DNA of 64,000 nucleotides from a virus, in IMG/VR virus record IMGVR_UViG_3300007541_000016, positions 23,159-87,158 of that record. The stretch is one strand, 5' to 3'. A model generated the notes under the pieces. The model was given only the letters and a program-made list of their open reading frames with translations. It was not told the DNA's origin and did no database searches. The position numbers were made by a program, and so were the translations under genes. The number at the start of each line of letters is the position of its first letter. The first letter of the stretch is position 1. Shown here in pieces: positions 33,977 through 44,818 of this stretch.

Positions 33977-36468
33977 ATGGCGCAATTCTCACCAAAAACT
34001 ACAACTTACGATACAATCGTTTATAAGGTTTCAAAATTCTTTGATGATTATTATAATGGTAATTTTAAAACTTATGAAGAGTTTTCGATACAGTATCAAA
34101 ACCTTTTACAGGATGTAAGTAATTCTTCTATAGGAATTACAGCTAAGTACGCTCCGTTATTTAAGCGGTCAGTCGCCAAAGTCTTCTGAAATTTTAGGAT
34201 TTGCTAGAGATCTAACAGCCGATTCCGGAATAATGTCTAGGCAAATAGACTTCTTGCTAGCTAAATTGGTAAACGCTTTTAATTTATTTCAATCTGAAAC
34301 TGAAAAAGAATCAAATTCATTAAACAGAATTAATTCAAAAGTAAAAATTTTACAACTATATTCAAAGAGTACGAGCGAAGATATCTATTATCTTCGGAGA
34401 CTCTTTTGAAAATCTAGAAAATGCAGACACGTCGCAAAGATATTCTTTGCCACTTTCCAGTGTTGTAGATGGTCACCTATCTCTTCCTGTCGTAACTGGA
34501 TCAGTTTGGCCAGTGCAAGCGATTACCATAAAGCAAAAAGATGGAAATGGAAATATATTGTCAAATGGAACAGCTGGAAACTACCATATGGCAACAAGAG
34601 ATGAAATTAATTCTGGAGAAAACGCAACAAATCCAGACAGTTATAAATATATTTTTGAGAAACAAATAGTAAATAATCTACAACTTATTTATATGGATTC
34701 AAATCCAAATACTTATTTTGAGTATGAAAAATTAAAAGTGTCCAATCTTAATGGAGAAGATTACGATTACGAATTTCAATACTTAAATAGTATAAATAAT
34801 CAAAACTCATACGTGCCCTGGAACAATGCAACTGATGACCCACTTAAGCTTACTTTAGAAATAGAAAGATTAGACACCAGTCCGTTGTCAGCAAACTCAA
34901 TAAACATTCTGCCCTTTTTTGGTTATGATGAAAATGGAATTTCTAGCTTAAAAGTTACTTCAATAGTTTTGGAAAGCGTAGAAAATGGATCAACCGTAAC
35001 AGAAGAGATACTAGCAAGTCCAATAGTTATAGGCTCAACGATAGTTCCTTCTGGAGTAGAAAATTCTTCTTCGTATTTTTATAAAAAAGGTGTTATTAAA
35101 TTCTCTCAAAGAAATCTAATAAAAGCAACAGTAACATTTGTGCAAGAAAATCCTGTAGGCATAACCATCAAACATGCATACTGGAATGTTTCTAAGGTTG
35201 TTGGTCATTTTGATTTCGCCAACAACAAAGATTATTTTGCCATAAATCAAATAGGCTATGTACCAGTTCCATCTGGCGTCTGGGTTCAAGGTGCAAGATT
35301 TAATCCATCTTTGATAGCAACAAAAAACCAGCTATCAAATATAAATGGTTTAGATACAGCTAAAAATTTACTAATTCCAACGGTAACAAATCCAGAATTA
35401 GTAAATAGCTCTACCGCTAGTAGGGTTATAAAGTTTAGTGGAGATACAAGTTTATCTTACGACTACTATGTAATGAAAGCTTTTGACAAGAAAAAGCAGA
35501 AGTATGTCTATGTAGACGAACTAGATTCTTTAAATGCCGAAGAGTATCTTTACGAAAAAACACTGGTGCCGCAAAATAAAACTATATTCGTAGACTGGTG
35601 GCCAGCATCTTACAAGATAATTGGTTTTGATTCAAAAGAAGAAACGCAATATGGAGCGCCAAAAAAGTTTTTTACAGGAGAATATGGAGATCCAGACGCC
35701 TCAAAATGGGAAGCGTTGATGGCACCATATGCAAGTGATCCAAATTACATTCCACCACAAGGAACAGAGGAAGTACCAGAGGCAATATTTCAATGGTGGA
35801 AACTTAAATTTAAATTAAATGGAACAGAAAAATTAACATCTTACCTTGGCACAAGTACTCCCGCATATTATTTGGGTGAGCTTTATACTATTTCAAGTTC
35901 TCAAGTAAGCTCTGAAAAAATATCAAAGCAGGCTGTAGCTAAAGCAAATTATAATGTTTCCGTACTAAAAAACTATGAAGTGCTAACCGATGGTCAGTTA
36001 TATAAAGGTAAAAATTTAGAAGTTAAAAGATGGGCAATAGGAATAAGGGACATTTCCATAGATTCAGAAGTATATCAAAATTCATCAGAAATGATATCTA
36101 AGCCTTTCAACTTTCCGTACCCAGTAGAGTATGCAATGCTCTATTCCGATTACTCAGTGCCAATTGATTATAAGAATAATCCAGACAATGATATAGAACC
36201 TATTTCTTATTATATATCAATAGATGACGCAGCAACGTGGTTGCCGATATCGCCAGTAGAAAATCCATTTAATTCAGAAGTTCCAGAAATATACGCATTC
36301 AATCAAAATGTGTCTTCAGAGTTAAGACTACCAGGAGTGGCATACTTGGATCCTCAAAATTCGGTTAATTCTATTAGAGTTAGAATAGTTTTCAAAAAAC
36401 CATATAACGTAAATGGAACGCCATTAGTTAATTACTATCAATTGGCAGCAAAGGTTAAGAGGTCATAA
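33977..36468 (+). CDS. virion structural protein, 829 aa after two +1 shifts (34166, 34395)
   Basis: AAG-C-GGT and CTT-C-GGA bridge the 70-aa ORF to the 673-aa ORF without stops. Architecture resembles its neighbours (coiled coil, ..WLPISP.., terminal RVRIVF). Confidence 0.65.
34166..34169 (+). other. CGGT +1 recoding site 8
   Basis: AAG-C-GGT-CAG. Confidence 0.7.
34395..34398 (+). other. CGGA +1 recoding site 9
   Basis: CTT-C-GGA-GAC. Confidence 0.75.
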
Positions 36469-36472
36469 CAGT

Positions 36473-38683
36473 ATGATAGAAGATATTCAAAAAGTTAGAT
36501 TTTTAAATAATTTATATAAATCATTTTATTCTTATGGAAAAGAACTAGATGAATTGACAATTAAAAGGTTGTACACTGATTATTTTAGACAGAACCCTGC
36601 TGGATCGCCTCTTTCTTTGGATCCAGAGCTATTAAGATCGACGGCAGTTGTAAACATAGATTATATAAATAATATAATGGCCAGATCTTTGTACAATATG
36701 GATGTACTTTATGATGCTGCTCACGAAAATATTGAAGAACTATACGCAACAGTTAGTTCTTTAAATAATAGAATAGATTCACTAAGGTCAAAAAGGGCAA
36801 AACTTGAAAAACAAATAGACGATCTAACCTTCGCAGTGACTAACAGCGATGGCTACTATGCCTCTTTTTCTGAAGAGTTTACAGACATAGAATCAATCGA
36901 TACAAAATATTCTTCCGTTTATTTGGATACAGACTCCAGATCAATCAGTTTAAGTTCAGTTAGTTCTGGATACTTTAACCAGTCTGGTAATAATGTTTCT
37001 AAATCAAACTTGGCAAAACGCACTACCTATTTTAACGGTAAGGTAGCAGAAGCCACGCAAGACATAGGTGCTCAAGCGTCAATGATGTTTGACGGTTTAA
37101 ACGATACATATTTTAAGCATACTTTTAAGTCTGCATCTCCTGGAATTTGTTCACTCAAGCTTGACATAACACCGCTTAGCTCTCCCTCAATTTCAAGAGT
37201 ATTTGGAAGAATATCTTCAGATAAAAAACTAACAACGTTAATGCAAATAAATTCAAGCATAACTGGAAATAGTGAAATACCAATTTTTTCTTCTCAATCA
37301 GAAAATGATTTTGATAATTTTGTTTTTCAGTTTGAACCAGTAAATGTCAGTTCCATTTCTTTATTCTTAATCAAGAATGAGCCAGATAGATTAGTGAAAT
37401 CAAACAATACAACAATGTATGAGTATGATTTTGTTATTAGAGATATTGTATTGTCCGGTTTATACTATGATGTTGATGGATCTTATGTTTCAAATCCAAT
37501 AACAATATATTCAGATAACGATAAAAACGTTATAGACGCCGTTTCGTTAGACGTTAATTCTCAAAACGCAACAGCAAATGATATATCGTACTTCATAGCT
37601 AAAGATAATCCATCTGCAACATCAATTGACGATTTCCAATGGCTACCAATATCGCCAATTAATAATCTAAATAAATCATATCCTTCCGTAGTTTCGTTCA
37701 ATGGTTCAAATTTGGTATTTAAAACGATATCAAAAACAGCTCAAGAAAGTACAGAGCAGGTCATTAAATATTTTTCAACCAAAGAAGAAACAGACCTGCC
37801 CGGATACGAGGGGGCAAAGATACACAGAATTGCAAAGCTCGATAGATCATACAATCCGATAGAGCCAGTAATACTTGAAGGCTATAATAGATACCTCTGG
37901 CATAAGGTAGACTACGAAGAGAACCTATGCGTAGATGTTTCTAAATGGAAAAATGATGTTTTAACTAATTCTAATTACAACGTGGTAACATCTAGTGCAC
38001 AAGTAGGAAATACATCATCGTTTTGGACTGCCCCATCCATAGATAGTGGAGGAAGTGTCTATATATCTTTTGACATATTATCATCTTCAGCATTTGTTAT
38101 ACAAAAAACCTTGACTAAAGATGACGACTATAGTTTGAACTGGGATTTAGCGGTTTATTTAAATGGATCTTTAATTAAACGAGTTCCTCCAGATGTGTCC
38201 TCTGAAAATATAGTTTGGAATTTTGTTGAAGGAATCAATAACGTAACTATATGTATAGATGCTAAGCCAAAGCCAACGTCATCTTCGTACTATGGATTGT
38301 ACGGTTCTTTTAGTCTCATGCAGCAGTCTAGAATATCTGAATATGGATTGATATATCAAAAATATTTATCCTACGTAGTTTCAGATTTGTTTAAAAATAG
38401 TGATACAATATTAAATAACAGTTTTAGTATAGCTACAATTGATACGGAAAAATACATTATATCCAATAGGGAAATAGTAGATGGTTCTAGATTGTATTAT
38501 TATGTAAACAATGCGAACTCCGCAGTCGATGCAGTCAGGGTTAGAATAGATATGAACAGGGATCTTTTAAAGCCAAAAGCTTCACCGCTCGTTACTTCTT
38601 ATAGGGTAAAGTTTAAGAGAACTCAAGAAATAAAAGATACGGCATTAAGAGCAGCGTCGGATATATTGGGATCGAGGAGTTAA
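36473..38683 (+). CDS. virion structural protein
   Basis: 736-aa ORF with N-terminal coiled coil; WLPISP motif shared with the upstream gene. Confidence 0.55.
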   Translation: MIEDIQKVRFLNNLYKSFYSYGKELDELTIKRLYTDYFRQNPAGSPLSLDPELLRSTAVVNIDYINNIMARSLYNMDVLYDAAHENIEELYATVSSLNNRIDSLRSKRAKLEKQIDDLTFAVTNSDGYYASFSEEFTDIESIDTKYSSVYLDTDSRSISLSSVSSGYFNQSGNNVSKSNLAKRTTYFNGKVAEATQDIGAQASMMFDGLNDTYFKHTFKSASPGICSLKLDITPLSSPSISRVFGRISSDKKLTTLMQINSSITGNSEIPIFSSQSENDFDNFVFQFEPVNVSSISLFLIKNEPDRLVKSNNTTMYEYDFVIRDIVLSGLYYDVDGSYVSNPITIYSDNDKNVIDAVSLDVNSQNATANDISYFIAKDNPSATSIDDFQWLPISPINNLNKSYPSVVSFNGSNLVFKTISKTAQESTEQVIKYFSTKEETDLPGYEGAKIHRIAKLDRSYNPIEPVILEGYNRYLWHKVDYEENLCVDVSKWKNDVLTNSNYNVVTSSAQVGNTSSFWTAPSIDSGGSVYISFDILSSSAFVIQKTLTKDDDYSLNWDLAVYLNGSLIKRVPPDVSSENIVWNFVEGINNVTICIDAKPKPTSSSYYGLYGSFSLMQQSRISEYGLIYQKYLSYVVSDLFKNSDTILNNSFSIATIDTEKYIISNREIVDGSRLYYYVNNANSAVDAVRVRIDMNRDLLKPKASPLVTSYRVKFKRTQEIKDTALRAASDILGSRS

Positions 38684-38686
38684 GGT

Positions 38687-39070
38687 ATGTCAACTTATTT
38701 TCATAATGAATACGATAAATCAAACGATATTTATCAACCATTATTGAATAGGTCTAGGCAAACGTATAGGGGTCCAAGATCTTCAGTAAAGGAGAACCTA
38801 GAGCAGGATCAAATCCTGATAGATATAGCTAGATTAAAGAAAAGAATTAATCAGCTAGAATCTATGATAACGCAGATGTCCGAAAGCTTTTATTTCCATA
38901 ATTCAGCTACTCCAAATACGGTCTCTGCAACTCCTTTTTATGATATTGAGTATAAAATGTATGAAGAAAGCACCCCCAACTACTATTATATAGACGATGC
39001 GGTAGCTTTGTCTGCTCAACTTTTTAGATTATATAGAAAACTAAACATATTAGAAAATCAGGAGATATAA
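38687..39070 (+). CDS. small structural-module protein
   Basis: 127 aa; YRGPRSS motif, coiled coil, three [AS]TP motifs. Confidence 0.55.
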   Translation: MSTYFHNEYDKSNDIYQPLLNRSRQTYRGPRSSVKENLEQDQILIDIARLKKRINQLESMITQMSESFYFHNSATPNTVSATPFYDIEYKMYEESTPNYYYIDDAVALSAQLFRLYRKLNILENQEI

Positions 39071-40341
39071 TGTCTGAATTAATAAATACACAAAAGAGAA
39101 CTAATCAATACTCAGGCAACTATAGTTCAGAGGACTATAATAAAAGAGTAGAGGAAAACTACCAAGACCTAGTTTATCTGTATAATAAATACAATGTCAT
39201 AGAGAAAAAGCTTGATGATACATTTAACAGGGTCGCTACGGATCATGTATTTTTGAGTAGGCATATAAAAGACATTTCTGACAGAATAGCAGCACTAGAG
39301 GCTACAGAAAATACTCTTTCAATACATTCTTTTAGTCAAATAGACAACGCAAGATTTGCCTCAGACCAGGATTACGCAATAACAGCTGGACAACAGCTCT
39401 CTTTTAATTCAATATACAACTACGTAACTCTTCCGCAGGTAACTACTTCCTCGGTGTCGCTGCTTAAATCGTACAACTCACTTGGAGATCAAGTAATACC
39501 AGACTTTATTAATTTAAAAGTTTCACCAATAGCTTCAGCCGATGGGCCTGGGGCATTAATAGATACAACACCGCCATATTATTGTCTGTTTGATAGGCAT
39601 GATAGAGTTTGGAGACGTTCAGTCATAGTTGACGAACCGGTTACAAACGGTGCGATGGGATATTTTTACGTTAAGGTTCCGCAAAACTCTGTTAATCAAA
39701 AGATTAACACTATAATGCTGACACCCTACCCTTCTAATTCTGTAGATATTCTTGCTATAGAATACACTCAGAAAAATAATCCAACGTTATCTGACTCAGA
39801 TACATGGAAGCCAATTAACGAATACTCTCTGTACAATAATGATCCAGCAGCAGTTGGATATGTCGCTCCAGGGGGATGGGTAAGGTCAACTGTTTCTGAT
39901 GCAATCAACCTGTCTGGACCACTATACTTTAGTTTTAATGTAGCTCAAACCGACGCTAATCCAATAACTGGAATTAGAATCTTAATGAGACAAAGAAATT
40001 ATATTAAAGAAAACAATAAATATATCTATACATATGGATTATCAGATTTTGACCTAAGAGTAGATAGGTATATGTCATCTGGAAAAGCTTTCATTAAATT
40101 TAACGCTCCAGAAAATACTTTAATTTTTACAGTAGATTCTGTCTTTCCAAAAATATACAACGTTCCATTAAGTTTAATTGACAATGTGTTCAGTTATAGG
40201 GTGATTTATCCAACTTCTTCTAACGGCTATAGCCTAATTCCTCAAGGTGGATCTTCATCTGTTTGGATTGAGGTTTCTTTAACTAAGACTGAGAATAATA
40301 TAATACCAGTTATGAATGACTTAGTGATTAAATATAGTTAA
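39070..40341 (+). CDS. virion structural protein
   Basis: 423 aa with GGAG RBS; coiled coil followed by a beta-rich region. Confidence 0.55.
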   Translation: MSELINTQKRTNQYSGNYSSEDYNKRVEENYQDLVYLYNKYNVIEKKLDDTFNRVATDHVFLSRHIKDISDRIAALEATENTLSIHSFSQIDNARFASDQDYAITAGQQLSFNSIYNYVTLPQVTTSSVSLLKSYNSLGDQVIPDFINLKVSPIASADGPGALIDTTPPYYCLFDRHDRVWRRSVIVDEPVTNGAMGYFYVKVPQNSVNQKINTIMLTPYPSNSVDILAIEYTQKNNPTLSDSDTWKPINEYSLYNNDPAAVGYVAPGGWVRSTVSDAINLSGPLYFSFNVAQTDANPITGIRILMRQRNYIKENNKYIYTYGLSDFDLRVDRYMSSGKAFIKFNAPENTLIFTVDSVFPKIYNVPLSLIDNVFSYRVIYPTSSNGYSLIPQGGSSSVWIEVSLTKTENNIIPVMNDLVIKYS

Positions 40342-40399
40342 TTTAGCTATATGCAATTACTATTAATGACAACCAATATTTTAAATACAAGGAGTAAAA

Positions 40400-41017
40400 A
40401 TGGCTACATTTTATGATGGACCAAGACCAGTTTTAAAGGGTAGAAATACCACAGAAATGGTCAACCCATACAAGGGAACCGCCGGCACATACTCGTTCTA
40501 TCCTTTGTTTAGCACGTCACATGTCCTCGATGGAGCCCCAGATAATCATCACGTTCCAGGAACTGGCAATCACCCCGGCAGCGTTTTGCTTTCGCAGTTG
40601 TTTAATGGAACATCGCTTTATGTCCATCCTCTTTCAGGCACTTTCCCAGATGGAACAGCAACCTACGATGGCGCAAGATACAGACCGCTAGAGTTTAAGG
40701 GTCTCGCATCAGCTAGTGCATTTGCATCTGGATACGGTCACGAGGTAGATAGAGCAAGCGACTACGCACTGTACAGTAACTATAAGTTTGATGGCGTAAC
40801 TTCAGCAGAGGTCTTTGCTTCTGGTTATGGTCATGCACCAAGAACCGATGCGCAAGGTGCACCTTCTACGTTTGGACTTTTCAAGCCAGACGAGTATAAT
40901 GGTGTAGCAAGTGCAGTTGTTTTTACAAGCGGTTACGGTCAAGCAAATACTACTGGAGATTATGGTCGTGAAAAAGTCAACGAATGGTCCGGTGTTCCAT
41001 CAGCAAAAGCTCTATAA
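40400..41017 (+). CDS. Gly/Tyr-rich protein with three internal repeats (probably virion-associated)
   Basis: Strong AAGGAG RBS; three copies of G(L/V)(A/T)SAxxF(A/T)SGYG. Confidence 0.65.
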   Translation: MATFYDGPRPVLKGRNTTEMVNPYKGTAGTYSFYPLFSTSHVLDGAPDNHHVPGTGNHPGSVLLSQLFNGTSLYVHPLSGTFPDGTATYDGARYRPLEFKGLASASAFASGYGHEVDRASDYALYSNYKFDGVTSAEVFASGYGHAPRTDAQGAPSTFGLFKPDEYNGVASAVVFTSGYGQANTTGDYGREKVNEWSGVPSAKAL

Positions 41018-41285
41018 CTACTACAAAAACCCAGTAGTCCTAGAGAAAGATGATAGAGTATCCGGAGCGTATGCGTGGATATTACTTTTCGCCGCAATTG
41101 TAGCGTACGATACTTTTGCTATTAAAACAAAAAAAGTAGAAACCTTAACAAGGGCATTTTGGAGATCTACCGAACAGCCTGTTAAAAATATAATACCAAT
41201 AGGTTTATGGCTTACGTTAAGCTTTCATCTACTGGGTGAAAAAACAATAAGAAAAAAACTATTCGGAGGTAAATCAAATGAATAA
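40911..41285 (+). CDS. small membrane protein (2 hydrophobic segments), lysis-module associated; true start uncertain
   Basis: AYAWILLFAAIVAY and IIPIGLWLTLSFHLL; adjacent to the holin. Confidence 0.5.
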   Translation: MQLFLQAVTVKQILLEIMVVKKSTNGPVFHQQKLYNYYKNPVVLEKDDRVSGAYAWILLFAAIVAYDTFAIKTKKVETLTRAFWRSTEQPVKNIIPIGLWLTLSFHLLGEKTIRKKLFGGKSNE

Positions 41286-41475
41286 ACTATATAAAGACGT
41301 AGCAGAAAGAGCGCTTTGGACAGCAGTTCAAACATTTATAGCCGTTTGGACAGTAGCCGATCTTGAGTCAGCAAAGGCAGCTGCAGTAGCTGCAATAGCT
41401 GCTGGGCTAAGCGTCGTAAAAGGTTTTGCTGCAACAAAAATTGGAGATAAAGAGTCAGCCTCTACGTTGAAATAG
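41278..41475 (+). CDS. r1t-like holin
   Basis: DVAERALWTAVQTFIAV...AAAVAAIAAGLSVVK pattern; GGAGG RBS. Confidence 0.7.
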   Translation: MNKLYKDVAERALWTAVQTFIAVWTVADLESAKAAAVAAIAAGLSVVKGFAATKIGDKESASTLK

Positions 41476-41506
41476 TCAATACAGCTATACTATAACATCG
41501 CTTACT

Positions 41507-41515
41507 TGATATAAT
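41507..41515 (+). promoter_or_regulatory. extended -10 promoter element
   Basis: TGATATAAT in the intergenic region before the metabolism/replication block. Confidence 0.5.
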
Positions 41516-41536
41516 GTATGTAAGCGGTAAAGACAA

Positions 41537-41560
41537 AATCCCGCCCACGTTGGCGGGATT
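41537..41560 (+). terminator. GC-rich hairpin at the end of the structural module
   Basis: AATCCCGCC-CACGTT-GGCGGGATT; the T tract is weak and offset. Confidence 0.5.
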
Positions 41561-41617
41561 AGTCATTTTATACGGGTGTTTTTATAGGTTTTTTCAGAGT
41601 TAGATAGGTAAAGAAAT

Positions 41618-42334
41618 ATGTCAGATCTTTTAGAAAAGGTCATAAAAGAAGAAACTCTTCCAATAGATTTAGCTGAAGAGTATTTAAAAATATATGTAGC
41701 GGATATAGAGTGGAAAACGCACATCAATAAACTATGGAAAAATTTTAACAATAAAAACAAAGATCAAGAAGAGTGCAAGTACCTCGTTAAAAAAGCAATA
41801 AGCTGCGCAGTACTTCTTCCCAGTTTGGAAAACACGGAGATACCAGATCCTCCACAGTCTCTTTTGTTTTGGTGTACGGCTTGGGCCCAGTTTAATGAGA
41901 GAGATTGGTTTTCTCTTTTCAAAGAAACTGTTCAAAAAGATATTGAAGTAAAAAACAATAGAAAGAAGATAATAGAAGTTGGAATAATAGACCCAATTGA
42001 CTATTCTCCATTAACAAGACAAGCATTTAATTGGCTGTACGATAAAGCTGATGCCTCCGGATGTATCAACGATCTTAATAAAGATCAGGTCATTAAAAAA
42101 CTAAAAAACTTAGTTAGCATATATGGCGGAGCTGTAATATCTAGTATATTTATTAGTCACAAAAACGCTATAGGAAAAGTTACTAACTGGAGAAGTGGAT
42201 ATTTCTTTGAAAAAGAAATACATAAAATATATTCTTTAGACAAAATAATCAAAATTAAAAATATGGAATTTACAAAAACAAATTCTAATTATATTATCAA
42301 ATACAACACATTATCAAACAAGAACAGGCAATAA
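41618..42334 (+). CDS. hypothetical protein
   Basis: 238-aa ORF. Confidence 0.6.
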   Translation: MSDLLEKVIKEETLPIDLAEEYLKIYVADIEWKTHINKLWKNFNNKNKDQEECKYLVKKAISCAVLLPSLENTEIPDPPQSLLFWCTAWAQFNERDWFSLFKETVQKDIEVKNNRKKIIEVGIIDPIDYSPLTRQAFNWLYDKADASGCINDLNKDQVIKKLKNLVSIYGGAVISSIFISHKNAIGKVTNWRSGYFFEKEIHKIYSLDKIIKIKNMEFTKTNSNYIIKYNTLSNKNRQ

Positions 42335-42346
42335 AAGGAGTAATAA

Positions 42347-44443
42347 ATGTCAGTTGAAATTGAAAACGGAAACCCAGATCTAACACCATTAAGTACAAAG
42401 CCTTCAATGTTTTTGTTTAAGTTAACAGATGATTTTGTCGAATCATACAAAGAAAAAGCTTCCCCTTTTGGATACAAAGACGCGGGTGGCAATTCTGTTG
42501 GAGAGATAACTTTTTTGAGAACTTATTCTCGCCTTAAAGAAGATGGAACAAAAGAGACATGGGTTGAAGTATGCGAGAGAGTAGTAAATGGAATGTACTC
42601 TCTACAGAAGGAGCACTGCAAAAAAAACAGACTTCCTTGGAACGACGCAAAAGCGCAGGCTTCAGCTAAAGAAGCCTTTGATCGTTTGTTTAATCTTAAA
42701 TGGACCCCCCCAGGAAGAGGGTTATGGGCAATGGGTACAAACATCGTCAACGTGCAAAAAAATTCCGCAGCACTACAAAATTGCGCATTTGTATCTACAT
42801 CAGAGATGACCAAGCTAAATCCAGCAAAGCCCTTTGGCTTTTTGATGGAAGCATCAATGCTTGGCGTTGGTGTCGGTTTTGATGACAAAGGTGCAGACAA
42901 AGATTTCACTATATATGAACCAACTAAACCAGTTGTCACAGAAGTTATTGAAGACAGCAGAGAGGGTTGGGTATCCTCACTTATATCAATCCTTAATTCC
43001 TATTTGAAACAGGATCAAAGCCCTGTTGAGTTTGATTACTCGCTTATTAGACCAGCTGGTACTCCGATTAAAACTTTTGGAGGCGTAGCTGCAGGTCATC
43101 AACCTCTTGAAAATCTTCATAATCATATAAGAAAAATGTTTAGTGGACGCAATGGCGATAAACTAACAAAGGTTGATGTAGCTGACATAGGTAACATGAT
43201 AGGCGTATGCGTAGTGTCCGGCAACGTCAGACGTTCAGCTGAGCTGTTAATAGGTAGCCTTAATGACGAAAACTTTTTGAACTTAAAAAATTCTTCTGTG
43301 TTTCCAGAAAGAAATTCTTACGACTCACAAAACCCAGGATGGGGTTGGATGAGCAATAATTCAGTTGAAACAACTGTAGGTACTGACCTATCTTCTATAG
43401 TCGATGGAATCTCCCTAAACGGAGAACCTGGCGTTCTATGGATGGATATGTCTAGAAAATATGGAAGATTAGCTGATCCGCCAAACAATAAAGATTGGCG
43501 TGTTGCTGGTTACAACCCATGCGCCGAGCAATCGCTAGAGTCATACGAATGCTGCACGCTAGTTGAGACTTATTTAAATCGTCATGAAAATCTTGAAGAC
43601 TATAAGCGCACTCTAAAATTTGCTTACCTTTACGCTAAAACAGTAACCCTTCTTCCAACTCACTGGGAAGAAACGAATGCAATCATGCAAAGAAACAGAA
43701 GAATAGGAACTTCTATGTCTGGAGTTGCAAACTTTGCAGATAGAGTTGGCGTTCCAGCTTTGCGCGAATGGATGGATGAGGGCTATAAAACGGTTCAAAG
43801 ATATGATAATGTTTATTCTGAGTGGCTTGGAATTCGTGAGTCGATTAAAATGACTACAGTTAAGCCATCTGGTACGGTTTCTATTTTAGCTGGTGAATCA
43901 CCAGGCGTTCACTGGACACCAGGCGGTAAATTCTTTAATAGAACAATTAGATTTTCTAATGACGACCCAATGCTTCCATTGTTTAAAATGGCAAATTATA
44001 CAGTCGAACCTGCATCAGAGTCACCTGATACTACATCTGTAGTTTATTTTCCAATTAAATCAGAAGCTGCAAGAGCAGAGCGTGACGTGACTATATTTGA
44101 AAAAATGTCACTAGCTGCTATGGCGCAAAGATACTGGTCAGATAACTCTGTTTCTGTGACGATATCTTTTGATAAAGAAAAAGAAGCTCAACACGTAGGA
44201 ACAGTACTTCACATGTATGACGGTCAATTAAAAACTGTATCGTTTTTGCCAAGTGGCAATGACACCTATCCTCAAATGCCATACACGCAAATCACAGAAG
44301 AACAATACGTACAAGCCACAATGTCATTGTTCCCAATAGACTTAACGGGAGTCTATGCTGGAATGGCTTCGGATGCAATAGGAGAGAGATATTGCACTAC
44401 AGATTCTTGTGAAATTAAATTCATAAAAGATTCGATTAGTTAG
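42347..44443 (+). CDS. nrdJ: class II (adenosylcobalamin-dependent) ribonucleotide reductase
   Basis: RTYSR, PPGRGLW, LQNCAF, GNVRRSA, NPCAEQ and TTVKPSGT motifs; C-terminal CTTDSC. Confidence 0.93.
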   Translation: MSVEIENGNPDLTPLSTKPSMFLFKLTDDFVESYKEKASPFGYKDAGGNSVGEITFLRTYSRLKEDGTKETWVEVCERVVNGMYSLQKEHCKKNRLPWNDAKAQASAKEAFDRLFNLKWTPPGRGLWAMGTNIVNVQKNSAALQNCAFVSTSEMTKLNPAKPFGFLMEASMLGVGVGFDDKGADKDFTIYEPTKPVVTEVIEDSREGWVSSLISILNSYLKQDQSPVEFDYSLIRPAGTPIKTFGGVAAGHQPLENLHNHIRKMFSGRNGDKLTKVDVADIGNMIGVCVVSGNVRRSAELLIGSLNDENFLNLKNSSVFPERNSYDSQNPGWGWMSNNSVETTVGTDLSSIVDGISLNGEPGVLWMDMSRKYGRLADPPNNKDWRVAGYNPCAEQSLESYECCTLVETYLNRHENLEDYKRTLKFAYLYAKTVTLLPTHWEETNAIMQRNRRIGTSMSGVANFADRVGVPALREWMDEGYKTVQRYDNVYSEWLGIRESIKMTTVKPSGTVSILAGESPGVHWTPGGKFFNRTIRFSNDDPMLPLFKMANYTVEPASESPDTTSVVYFPIKSEAARAERDVTIFEKMSLAAMAQRYWSDNSVSVTISFDKEKEAQHVGTVLHMYDGQLKTVSFLPSGNDTYPQMPYTQITEEQYVQATMSLFPIDLTGVYAGMASDAIGERYCTTDSCEIKFIKDSIS

Positions 44444-44452
44444 CCTATATAA

Positions 44453-44818
44453 ATGTCCGATGATAATGATTTTGAAGAAATCTTTTCTAATATCGCAGAG
44501 AATGAAAAGATAGAAAATATAGATATCATTCTTAATGAAGAGAAAATATCCTATGCAAAAAATTATCTTAATATTATTAATTCTTTAAATCAACTTGTAG
44601 TACATATAAGCGCTATGACAATAGATTTATTGAACGATCCTACGTTTTCTCTTGATAAAGAAATATGTGATATGATTGAGCAAGCATATGTAATGTCAGA
44701 AGATCTAACCGACTTAATAGTTAATAACTATTATTCAATATCTTTAGAAGATTTTGAAGAGGTAAATGGATTTCTTGACGAAGAAAATGGAGATGAACAA
44801 GGTGATGGAGAATTCTAA
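44453..44818 (+). CDS. acidic hypothetical protein
   Basis: 121-aa D/E-rich ORF. Confidence 0.55.
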   Translation: MSDDNDFEEIFSNIAENEKIENIDIILNEEKISYAKNYLNIINSLNQLVVHISAMTIDLLNDPTFSLDKEICDMIEQAYVMSEDLTDLIVNNYYSISLEDFEEVNGFLDEENGDEQGDGEF

